Shown here: in pieces, positions 1 through 11,187 of the stretch
Position numbering within the stretch: position 1 is the first letter of the stretch
Layout of the letters: each line of letters starts with the position of its first letter
Source of the DNA: Mobula hypostoma
Taxonomy: Eukaryota
Direction: 5' to 3'
Length of the DNA stretch: 64,000 nt
NCBI RefSeq assembly: GCF_963921235.1
Contig: NC_086098.1
Coordinates: 154,442,001-154,506,000 of the forward strand
Translations under genes and position numbers: made by a program
Notes under the pieces: generated by a model
Told to the model about the DNA's origin: nothing
The model's database searches: none
What the model saw: only the letters and a program-made list of their open reading frames with translations

Positions 1-1067
1 CTCACTAGTCCCCGGCTTACTTTCTGACTTTTCCGGCGGACTCTCCGCGCCGTCCTGACTACCCTTCTGGTAGCCTTTACTCGGGGCAAACTTCATTTTA
101 TGCGTCAACGCATACTCATCCGCTAACTTAGCAGTTGCGGCTAACGTGGCTGCCTCTTTCTCATCTAAGTAGGGTCTCATACCCTCAGGGACACAACCTT
201 TAAACTGCTCAATCAGGATCAGCTGTAGCAGTCTGTCATAATCCCCCTCTACTCCCTTCGTGGCGCACCAACGCTCACAATATGTCTGCATCTCACGGGT
301 AAACTCTAAATACGTGCGGTCCCACTGCTTCTTCGCATTCCAGAACCTCTGCCGGTATGCCTCCGGGACCAACTCATAAATCCTGAGGATGGCCTCTTTC
401 ACCACCTCATACCTCTGGGCATCTTCCGCAGACAAAGCTGAGTAAGCTTGTTGGGCTCTCCTTTTCAGTACACTCTGAAGCAAGACAGCCCACTTATCCC
501 TCAGCCAGTCCTGACTTGTAGCAACTTTTTCGAAATGCAGAAAGTACCGATCCACGTCGGTATCGTCAAATGGGGGAACCGGCCTAACCTCTTGGGTCGC
601 CCGGAACCCTCCACCTTGGTTCGGCACAGGCCCCTGCTCGGATCTTATCTTTAACTTCGCCAGCTCAAATTCCCTTTCCCTCTGCCTCTCTCTCTCTTCT
701 CGCTCCCATTGCCTCTCTTTCTCTTCTCTCTCCAACAGCTCTCTCTGTCTCTCTCCTGCCTTTCTAACTGCTTCTCTTCGTGTTCTAACTGCCGTACCCG
801 GAACTCGTGCTCGAGTCTCAGTTTTTCAAGCTGCACCTGTATCGCGTCTCCGGCCGGATTTTCAATAGACACCACCTCCAGCTCGCCTTGGGGAAACACA
901 TCTTTAGATACATAGTGCTCTACGATAGCTCTGTGTATCTCCTCTCTCCTCATTGTCGACTTCCCCTTAGCAAGATTCAACTGTTTGGCCACAGCTACCA
1001 ATTCCGATTTCCTGGCATCCTCTAATGCCTCCAAGGTCGGCGCCTTTATAATTTCCTCAGCCTCCAT
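1..1067 (-). pseudogene. gag: Disrupted gag of a Ty3/Gypsy LTR retrotransposon with SCAN-like domain (Gmr1-like); pol lies outside the window
   Basis: Minus-strand ORF 651-1067 (MEAEEII...KSELVAVAKQL...LEKLRLEHE). Minus translation of ~100-245 gives DYDRLLQLILIEQFKGCVPEGMRPYLDEKEAATLAATAKLADEYALTH, typical of SCAN-type gypsy gag. Confidence 0.8.
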
Positions 1068-1143
1068 TTCTGCTGTTTGTCTTTTCTTTCTTTCGGGAAT
1101 TTTGACCCAATCAATTTACTTCGTCACAAATTTAGCGTTCAAA

Positions 1144-1161
1144 ATCCCGGACGAGCCCCCA
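1144..1161 (-). promoter_or_regulatory. Primer-binding site complementary to tRNA-Pro
   Basis: Reverse complement reads TGGGGGCTCGTCCGGGAT (18 nt), 4 nt inside the adjacent LTR end. Confidence 0.9.
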
Positions 1162-1165
1162 CTTA

Positions 1166-2015
1166 TGTTACGTACCCCGTAAATGGGTTGCCAAACCAGC
1201 AGAAATGGATCACTCAGTTGGAGTCTGGATTACTAGAACTAAAAAAGTTTTATTAAAGAAACAAGCAACACAGTACTCTAATCAAAAGGATAATGAATGC
1301 AACAGTTCAGCAATGATAAACATACATGTGCACAGAATTAAGATAACAGGATCAATCAAGCTCTATCGTTGTCTAGGGGTAAATGACCAGTTTCAAAGTG
1401 ACGCAAAGCTCAGTTCAATTTAGTTCAGTTCAGTTCGCAGTAATCGTTGCCGTGGCGATGGACAGTGGGGGGAAGGAGAGAGAGAGCAAAACGAATGAAT
1501 ATTCAAGGCTTCCACACAGACCTTCGCAGTCAGCTTTCGGGCGAGTCCTTTGTGATGTCATCTGAGGTCACCGACCGTGACCCCTCCGTTTCCAGATACG
1601 ATCGTTTCCCTGCGGTGAACCTGGCACCCAGGCAAGGGTGGACACACACCAGGTTCCCACCGATCGTGCCTTTCCACCCTGTGCGTCTATGGCCAAGTAC
1701 TTCCCACCGACTTGTGAGAGACGCACCGTTTCCAGGGTCTTGTTACCTCGGGTGTCGTGTGTGTCCTGCCTTAGCGAACCTGTCCCTTTTTATCCCCCTG
1801 CTGGGGTATCGCCTGTCCATCACTTCAAACAGTTCAGGGTTCAAAGGGGGAGCCGATCTTGACAGTTCTCCTTCCCCTTCATTAACATCTCCAAATGCTG
1901 CTCCATTTTTTTCCTTATCTCTCTCACTCCTGAAAACAGGTGGCAGACCAACTGCTGATCCCACTGGTGCCGGCACAGGACAGCTACACCTTAATCTATG
2001 TGTATTTTTGTCACA
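1166..2015 (-). mobile_element. 5' LTR (~850 bp) of the Gypsy element, inserted into L1 ORF2
   Basis: Minus strand begins TGTGACA and ends CGTAACA next to the PBS. L1 ORF2 coding sequence starts directly at 2016. Confidence 0.75.
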
Positions 2016-4960
2016 GGTAGTAATGGGGCTAACTGTGACTTCAGCGATTTGTACCACTCTGTGGTAAACCCACCAGAACCTGGAGACTTTCCAGCCTTTA
2101 ATCTAGGGATGGCCACATTCAGTTATTTCACAGTTACTGGTTCAAATAGGCATTCATTTTGTAAATCTGTTAGCTTGACTTTAGATCTAAAGAATTCAAT
2201 AAAGTGTCTATTTAGCCCTCATTGGAGGCCTGGGGTTGGGAGTACAGCTCTTGATAATATGTTTCAAAACTCTCTTGAATTTTCCCTATTGTATTCTCCA
2301 CAAGCTTTGTCTTTGGATTCTTAATTTTATGAATTGTATTGTCTGTTTGTTGTTTTCGTAACTTATATGCTAATAATCTAGCTGATTTACCTCCTACTTC
2401 ATAATTCTTCTGTCTCAGGTAAAGAAAATTTCTTTGAGTTTCCAATGTACAAATATCATCAATTTCACTCTGCAATTTCCTAATTTCCTGTTTTAAATTA
2501 GAATTACTTTTGTTACAATTACAACTTGTAGTTGTTTTAATTTTCCTTGAAGGTCTGCTAATTTTTGTGCATTGATTTTTTTTCATGTGAGTGGTAATGG
2601 AAATAATTTTTCCTCTCAGTACAGCTTTCATTGTATCCCATAAGATCACTGGTGATATTTCTCCCGTGTCATTAAGGCCTAGGTATAGTTTGATTTCTCC
2701 CCTTAATCTCTCCATTACTTTGAGGTTATTGAGTATATGTGAATTTAACCTCCATTTTCCTTTCCAGGATTAGAGGCATAGAGACTGGGCTATGATCCGA
2801 CAGATCAATTGTTGCAATATTACGGATTTTTATCCTGCGTCCATCTGTATTAAAGATAAAGAAATAGTCTATCCTTGAACAGGCTGAATGAGGGAAAGAG
2901 TAATATGTATAATCTTTACCTGTGGGGTGTAATTCTCTCCACACATCTATAATTCCCAACTCCTCCATCAATAAATTCATTTTCCGAGTCAGAGGGTTAT
3001 TCTGAGTAACTATTCTTGAAGAATCTAATGCAGGATTTTAACCTAATATTAAAATCCCCTCCACAGATTACTACCCCTTGAGAACTGAACATTAGGTCAA
3101 AAATGTGTCTATAAAATGACCATTCACAACCTGGCGGAGCATAAACATTCAGCAATGTTATTTCTGTACCTTCTATTCTTCCGGTAATTTTTACAAATCG
3201 TCCATCTTTGTCTTTAGTCTCTGAAATATGTTCATAATTAAGAGTACTTGATAATAAAGTAGCTACCCCTCTTTTGTGGCTCAATTTATATGATGAATAA
3301 AATACATGCTTAAAGCCCATTCTTTTTAATTTTTCATGTTTGGATTGGCTCATATGTGTTTCCTGGAGGAAAGTTATTTGTGCCCTCTCTTTTTTCAATT
3401 TAGACATAATCTTATTTCTTTTAATTGGATTCAAAACCCCATTAACATTATAGGAAATTATTTTTACCAATTCAATTTGCATTTTTTCTAACAGAAAAAA
3501 ATTCTCCTTTTCTAACCAAACAGTAAGCAATCCCTTCTCAACAGTAAACCAAAACATATAACCACACCCTCGACATGTTTGAACATATAACATTTTGAAA
3601 TTTTTCCCGACTTCCAACGGTGAGGCCTGAGCACTGACCCGCCTCAGTTCAGAGGGATAACCTCTATCTTCACCCTGTGTTAGAGGGCCCTCAGCAGTGT
3701 GAATAATCATAGAGAATTTTCTCCTATTTATGTCTCGACCATATTGCTATCATTCAAGTTATTCCGTCCAGTTTATTTTCAGCTACCAGCTTTCATTTTA
3801 CCTTTAAGTCCGATTTAGTCTTTTCAGTCATTTCTCTTAATTAATCTGTACTCTCTGTACATTCGCGTCTGAATATTTGCAGCTTTTCCTTGTAGTTTGA
3901 CACTTTGGTTCGTGTGGAGCGTCCTCGCCACACTGGCTGCCACGACTTCTGCCGAATCCTCTCCAGTAGCGACTCCGGTTGGGTGATAATTTTAATAGGT
4001 AGTCCCCGGTCCGCCAGGTCCGACGTTGCCTCCTCAGCCGTAGCGTAAGTTTTTGTCCCTTCGTCGTAAAAGACTCTCAGCCGAGCTGGATACAGGGTCT
4101 GGAATCTGATGTTGTTTTCCTTCAGGACTCTCCGTGTTTCCGTATATTCCTTCCGTCTGGCAAGAATCCCCGGTGCGTAGTCGTGGTCTAAACTGATTTT
4201 CCAGTTGTTCCACATGAAACCTTTCTTTTGCCATGCTCTTTTAAGCACCTCTTCCTTCGTTCTGTAACTGAGAAATCTGATCAGAATCGATCTGGGCTGG
4301 GCGCCTGCCGGAGGCTGTGGTGCCAACGCGCGGTGAGCCCTTTCTATCTGTAGGTCTTTTGCGGCCGGTATATCAAGGTTCTCTCTAAGCAGCTTCTCCA
4401 CGAAGGGAATCATCAATCCGGGTTTACCTTCAGTTCCTTCGGGAACTCCGTAGATCCTCACATTTTCCGTTTTTGAGTGGAACTTCTTGGTCTATTAGTT
4501 TCCACTGGAGCTGCCCTTGTAGCTTTAGCATTTCTGCTATCACTTCCTCTGCGTTTTATAGCTTCTCCTCAATTCCAACAATCCTCGCTTCGGCTTCATC
4601 TATCCTCGAATTAGTTTTTACTATTTCTCCTTTAATATCTTCCGGCTGTTTGTTGTTATCTTGTCGGAACTCGCGAATTTCTCTGAGAATCAAAGACAGA
4701 TTCACCGATTCCTCCTCATTATCTCCGTCCTGGCTCGCCGTGGGGGAGCGAGGCCCGTCGCCTTGCTGCGTCTCTTTGTGTTTATCAGCCTTCTGAGCGG
4801 ACTTTTTAATCTTGTTCTTAGACATCAGCCTTGACCCTTTTATTAATATAGTTATACTACAGTAAGTATTTGTCTAATTTCGATTTTGGGGCAGTTTACC
4901 TTCTTTTTTGTCGACAGCCCTTTTCCTTACGCCGCCATTCCCTTGATGACCCGGAAGTCT
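2016..4960 (-). mobile_element. L1-clade LINE, 5' half (5' UTR, ORF1, endonuclease and linker of ORF2), disrupted
   Basis: ORF1 pieces 4556-4825 and 3841-4461 (RIYGVPEG, IERAHR, ILIRFLSY, RFQTLYPARLRV). APE endonuclease motifs SYNVNG, FLQETH, NVYAP, GGDFN, SRIDYF, SDH. ORF2 linker WDTMKAVLRGKII. Confidence 0.9.
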
Positions 4961-5083
4961 TCCCCTCTCTGTTTCTTCTTATTTGGAATACAGACACACA
5001 GACATCAATTAGATGCATCATAAGAGTTCTTCTGAAACGTCAAGAATGCAAAGAACATTCTGAAATTTCTGTCTTGAGGAAAT

Positions 5084-5218
5084 AGGAGATAAGACATTGG
5101 AGCAGAATTAGGCTTTTCAGAACATCGAGCCTGCTCCGCCATTCCATCATGGCTGATCCCGGATCCCACTCAACCCATACACTTGCATTCTTTCCATATA
5201 CTTTGATGCCCTGAAGTT
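5084..5218 (-). repeat. CR1-type LINE 3' tail fragment
   Basis: Resembles the reverse complement of the CR1 3' end seen at 7690-7730 plus 17832-17887 and at 23174. Confidence 0.55.
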
Positions 5219-5339
5219 GAGAGAGAATGGCCAAGTTATGTGGGACTTCCTTTGACCTTCATGACCACAGTCAATGTCCTGTTTTTTTCTAGTGTGGCCG
5301 ATGATTAATTGATCTCTCTCTGGCTACCCAACCTATAGG

Positions 5340-5790
5340 ATGATGATGGTCCCTTTCAGTCAGTTAGTGGGTGGTACCCCACTCCTCAGAAAGGAGTGTG
5401 CGTGAGTGGATTTTAGCTGAGTATGGGGTTGCACAGGTCTAGACCCACCCTCTCGACATCCCCTCCCGGATCCAGCGGCATGGTGGGGTCCAAGGTGGCT
5501 GGGGGAAGTTCTCTTGCAGTGAATAGCCAGACCAAGCTTCGATGCAAGGGATGGCCTTTCTGCGCTTCATGGCACGTGTTTGCTAGATGGCCGTTGCCCC
5601 TATGACAGGATTCATCCACCCTTTGACAGGTCTTGTTTTTCGTCCTGCAGGGTGTCTAGCCACCCTCCTCACCAGGCAAGCCTGGTGGGGCAGTCGGTTT
5701 AGTCACCGACCACTCGACCATGCAACAGGTAACACTGGGTTACCTGGCACCAGCAGCACTCAGACCAGTGACCTGACCAATTTATTGATA
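5340..5790 (-). repeat. Probable RTE-like LINE/SINE 3' fragment
   Basis: GATGATGATG at the left end (a (CAT)n tail on the minus strand). Family assignment is by recollection of repeat appearance only. Confidence 0.3.
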
Positions 5791-5794
5791 ATTG

Positions 5795-7731
5795 ACAAGT
5801 GAAGTCAGAGCCAAAGTAAAAGTAAAAGAGAGAGCATACAAGGAAACCAGAGCTAGTGGGAAGATAGAAGATTGGGGAGCTTTTAAAAACTTGCAGAAGG
5901 AAACTAAGAAGGTCATTCAGATTAAAAAGATGAATTACAACAGGAAGCTAGCAACTAATATCGAAGAAGATACAACAGCTTTTTTAAGTATATAAAGCGT
6001 AAAAGCGAGTCGAGGGTAGATATAGGACCAATACAAAATGACGCTGAAGATATTGTAATGAGAGATGCAGATATGGCAGCGGAACTGAATGCGTATTTTG
6101 CATCAATCTTCACAGTGGAAGACATCTGCAATGCACTGGACATTCAAGAGTGTCAGGGAAATGAAGTTTGTGCAGTTAAAATTGCGACTGAGAAGGTGCT
6201 CAGGAAACTTCATGGTCTGATGGTGGATAAATTTCCTGGACCTGATAGAATGCACACTTGTGTTCTGAAGGAAGTAGCTGGAGAGATTGCAGAGGCATTA
6301 ACGTTGATCTTGCAAGAATAGATAAATTCTAGCGTTGTACCAGATGACTGGAAAATTGCAAATGATACTCCGCTACTTAAGAAGGGAGGGAGCAGCAGGA
6401 AGGAAACCATAGACCTGTTAGCCTGAAATCAGTTGTTGGGGAGTTGTTGGAATCGATTGTTCGGGATGAGGTTACGGAGTACCAGCAGCAACATGACAAG
6501 ATAGGCCAAAGCCAACATGATTTCCTGAAAGGAAAATACTGCCTGACGAACCGACTGCAATTCTTTGAAGAAATTACAAACAGGGTAGACAAAGGAGATG
6601 CAGTAGATGTGGTGTACTTGTATTTTCAGAAGGCCTTTGACAAGGTGCCACACATGAGGTTGCTTGGCAGGGTAAAAGCCCACGGTACAGGAAAGTTACT
6701 AGAGTGGGTGGAGCATTGGCTGGTCGGCAGAAAACAGAGAGTGGGAATAAAGGGATCCTATTCTGGCTGGCTGACGGTTACCAGTGGAGCTCTACAGCGG
6801 TCGATGTTGGGACTGCTGCTTTTTACAATGTATATCAATGATTTAGATTGTGGTATTAAAGGAATTGTGGCTAAATTTGCTGATGATACAAAGATAGGTA
6901 GAGGAGCGGGTAGTGTTAGGAAACAGAGAATCTGCAGAAAGATTTGGATAGTCTAGGGGAATGGGCAAAGAAGTGGCAAATTAAATACGATGTTGGAAAG
7001 TGTATTGTCGCACACTTTGGTGGAAGAAATAATCGGACAGACTATTATTTAGATGGAGAGGCAATTCAAAATGCAGAGATGCAAAGAAACTTGGGAGTCC
7101 TTGTGCAAGATACACTAAAGGTTAACCTCCAGGTTGAGTCGATTGTGAAGAAGGCGAATGCCTTCATTTCTTGAGGTATACGATATAAGAGCAGGGATGT
7201 GATGTTGAGGCTCTATAAGGCACTCGTGAGACCACACTTGGAGTATTATGTGCAGTTTTGGGCTCCTTATTTTAGAAAGGATATACTGACATCAGAGAGG
7301 GTTCAGAGAAGGTTCGTGAGAATGATTCCAGGAATGAAAGGGTTACCGCATGCGGAACGTCTGGTAGCTCTTGGCTGTATTCACTGGAGTTAAGGAGAAT
7401 GAGGGGGGATCTCAAAGAAAATTCCGAATGTTCAAAGGCCTGAACAGATAGCAAAGTTATTTCCCAGGGTACGGGGTTCTAGGACAAGAGAGCACGATTT
7501 CATGATTGAACGATCTCCTTGAAGAACTGAGATGCAGAGAAATTATTTTAGTCAGAGGGTAAACCTGTGGAATTTGTTGCCACGAGCAGCTGTGGAGGCC
7601 AAGCAATTGTGTGCATTTATGGCAGAGATAAACAGGTTCTTGATTAGCCAGGGCATGAAAAGGTATGGGGTAAAAGCAGGGGAGAGGGGATGACTGGAAG
7701 GATTAGATCAGCCTATGATTGAATGGCGGAA
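5795..7731 (+). mobile_element. 5'-truncated CR1 LINE (RT part of ORF2); its last ~55 bp lie beyond the ERV at 17832-17887
   Basis: ORFs 6058-6321 and 6444-6956 (GPDRMH, KAFDKVPH, KFADDTK), 6944-7174, 7199-7393 (LVRPHLEY). The tail GAATGGCGGA|GCAGAC is split by the ERV. Confidence 0.9.
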
Positions 7732-8313
7732 TATTGGAAAATTCAAATGCATGCATTGTATTTTCTATGTATTACAATATTTACTCAACAGTATTTACTC
7801 AAATGCACAAATTGTATTTTCTATATTTACTATGTAACCACTGCTAGCTCAATAGAAGGTATTCACTATGTAGCCATGACTTTTAACCTGTTCACTATTA
7901 ATTCATGAAGAGAACTAGAATGAAATCAAGTAGAAAGATAACGGTGGCGAGTAAAGTGATGAAATATGCGGCAGTATGTCAACGCAAGACTAATTAGGAA
8001 ATAACTGTGGTTAGGGATGAGAGGACATATGGTCTAAAATGTAAACTAGGACATAATTAAGTTGGGGAGTAAAACAATAGTGGAAAGCCGAGAGCGGATA
8101 TATTGATGATATGTAATCACAGGCCGACTGGATATAAAATGTAGCTAAGATAGGAAAATTGGTATAAAAAATGCTGTATATAAGACTCGACGGGCAGTCA
8201 GCTACTAGCTTTCTGATTGTCTCAGCTTTGATTTGCAAATTAAAGTTTCAAACGCCTTGACGAGTTTTCTGCGTCTCCTTGTCGTTTGTGAGAAACGAGA
8301 AACCACGGCAAAA
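7732..8313 (+). repeat. ERV 5' LTR (582 bp)
   Basis: Direct repeat of 17250-17831, about 25 differences by hand count (~95-96% identity). Confidence 0.95.
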
Positions 8314-8314
8314 T

Positions 8315-8332
8315 TGGCGTCACGAACAGGAT
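8315..8332 (+). promoter_or_regulatory. ERV primer-binding site, tRNA-Ser(CGA)-type
   Basis: TGGCGTCACGAACAGGAT is the complement of CCA plus the 3' end of a vertebrate tRNA-Ser(CGA) (...ATCCTGTTCGTGACG), matched from memory. Confidence 0.8.
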
Positions 8333-8992
8333 CGGATAGAGACCCGCGAGGAAGCGAACGGCAGATTGGGACGCTTCCCGGTCCCTCGGGAACCCTCACG
8401 GGGCTAACAGAATTAAGGGTGCACCCAAAGATAAAACGGTGAGCGCTTTTTGCGATAATTCAGACTAAGAATTCTGTTGGTTTTGGGGGGTCTCGGGGAC
8501 TCCGAAGTGTGAAGCAACTGCCAAAGGGTCTCTCCGATCCAAAGAATCTGGCAGAATTGGGAATAAAAGGAGGCTAAGAGGATTAATCAAGAGCACGGCA
8601 GTGGGGGTAAGTACGAATAAAATAATAATAAGTTAAGTAAGGAAATTCCACGTGGTGTTGGTAAGTCCCTGTGGATACCGCTTCGCACGAAACGAAGGTC
8701 TGAACCGGCAGGGAAAGAGAATTAAAAATCCTCGTGAATACCGCCTTCAGAAGTGTAAGGGTCTGCATAGGCGAGGTGTAAAAGGAAAAGGTTCTGCGGA
8801 TACCGCCCTAAGTAGGGGTCTGCACGGGCAGAACGTAATAAGAAATAAAGATAGTTTAATAGATAATTCATACGCTGGTGAGATAAACCATAAGGCTAGG
8901 CATAGAAATAGAGATAGAGAAGTAGTATTATTAAATACGCAAGTCGTGAGATTCTAAAAATACCATAATAGAAAAAGGAAAAAGAGAACAAC

Positions 8993-11187
8993 ATGACAGA
9001 GACAGGAACAGCAGTAGAAATATTGAGCTGAAAATTCCCGGTGTGTCAAGGTAAGATCGCGGAAATTTCAGAAAAATGGGAAAAGAGAACTGAAAAACTG
9101 GTTACGAAATGGCCAAGAGAAGGAATGTTTGATGTAAGCTAATGTGAGGAAATGGAAGCCCTAATTAAAAACCACAAACCCAAAGATAAATCTAAGGAAA
9201 GAGAGGGGAAAAAAGGGAACAAGGAATGGAAGTGTTAAAACTCTTTAGGATGGAGGGAGAAAGGTAAAGGTTAAGAAAGACGGGAAGTATATTAATAGTA
9301 AGTAAAAAAGACACCGAGAAACGAAAGGAGCAGTCTGATAAAGAAAAGGAAAAGCATAACAGGGGGCCGGCTTCGGCTCTATACCCAGACCTGAAAGACG
9401 TAGAAAAACCTCCTCCCCATTATGAGAAAGAAACCCTTAAGCAGTGTCCGATGATAACAGGAACAGTGGATCTAAATGGAGAAATTAAAGTCTGGGATAC
9501 CGAGGAGGAAAGAAAGAATCACGAAAAGGAGCAGGAGGAACTACGGAAGATATTAGAAGAAGATAGGGCAAAGATAGAGCAGGAGAGAAGGGAAATAGAA
9601 GAAGAGATCAAAGGGTTACAGGAATTAAAAGCGAAAAGGGATGAAGAGAAATCTTTGTTATATGGGTACGGAACTGAACAGGCCAGAGCAGAAGGAGACT
9701 TGTCGGGAGAGCAAGAGTTAAGTAGGGAAAGGGAGGGTGCCAGAGAGTGAAGGCAGAGGATCGGAGATAAAAGCCTTGAAGGGGAAAAAGAGAGAGTGAA
9801 AAGGCAGATATTAGAAACAGAGGGAGAGATTAGGAAATTACAGCGGAGACTGAATTTCCAACAGGAGTTTGAAGATTTCACACGGGCCCAAGCAAATGCT
9901 AGCTCAAGGCAGAAAGGAAGAACTCCACAAGGAGGCCAAGGGAGAGAGGAAACCCCGGAAAGAATCATGTGGCAGCCAGTAAAAACGTGCTCAGAAACAA
10001 ATGGGGAGTCAGGCGAGGAGGAGAGTCAGGAGATGTGGAAAAGGAAAGGGAGAATGATGCCGTTGTTAGTAAAAGGATTGGGACAAGTACAGTATATTCC
10101 TTGGGGATCCCAGGACCTGGAAGGTTTGAAAAACACCCTACCCAGTCTACATGAGGGTGCAGGGAAGTGGATTAGGGCCTTTGGGGAAGAAACCACGGGG
10201 CAAATGTTGGCTATGGGAGATTTGAAGGCGCTGCTGATAAGGCTGATGGGAACCTCCAAACTACAAGAGTTGATGGAAGTGGCTGGCATACAGAATGCGG
10301 ACAGCACACTGATTGACGGGGCCAGATTTGGCACAGCGAGGCAGAGGGTACGGGGGGCCCTCAGGGAGCTCTACCCACCCAAAATGGACCCCAAAGCCAT
10401 GAAAGGGGATCCACTGGGAGACACTGAAAATCCAGCAGCCTATATAGAAAATCACTTGAAAAGGTGGAGACTGGAAACTGAACAAGAGGTGGAAGGCAAC
10501 CCGTTTATGACCTGGATGTTCCGAAATGCTGTTTTGGATGCAATGCCTCCCCAAGTTAAGTCTAAACTTGAAGAAGTAGTTGGACTGATGTCAATGACCC
10601 CACAGGAATTCAGGGACCACGTAGTCCATGCGGTCGAGAGATATCGAAATGACAAACGAAAGTTGACTGAGCAGCAAGAAGAAGTGCAAAGAAAGCTGAT
10701 ACAAATGCAGCTTGAAGAACTTAAAAAGAAGGAAAAAGAAAAAGGCAAGAAGGTGCTGCCAGCAGTGACCGATTTAAGCACAGCCATTGAAATGAATGAA
10801 ATGCCATTATATGGAGGGACCGGTCGTGCCTTAAGACAGAGCCCAGAAAACCCCATACTAATAATAAACGTCTTTCGGGGAGCTTTTCTGCAAATGCCCT
10901 ATCAGGGACAGGATAGATTTAAACAGCAGCCCAGACAGGACTGGAAATCCCAAGCAGGGGGGCAGAGAGGTTATGGGCAGGAAGGGCCAGTAAGGAAACG
11001 AGGGGAAAGAGAGATACAGAGACTGTGCTAGGGATGTAACCAGCCAGGACACATGAGAAGGGACTGCCCACGTAAGCCATGGGCCGTCACGTACCAGCGG
11101 GAACCAATGAGATGGGAACCACAGTCTAGCCAAGGACCAGACCCCACAGGCTCGAGTGGACCTGTGAACCCCTATGCAAGACATTAG
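8993..11187 (+). pseudogene. gag: ERV gag, disrupted
   Basis: ORFs 9451-9750 and 9796-11031 (capsid-like PWGSQDLEGL...LHEGAGKWIRAF). Zinc knuckle C*GCNQPGHMRRDC with TGG>TAG at 11029. Natural stop TAG at 11185-11187. Confidence 0.9.
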
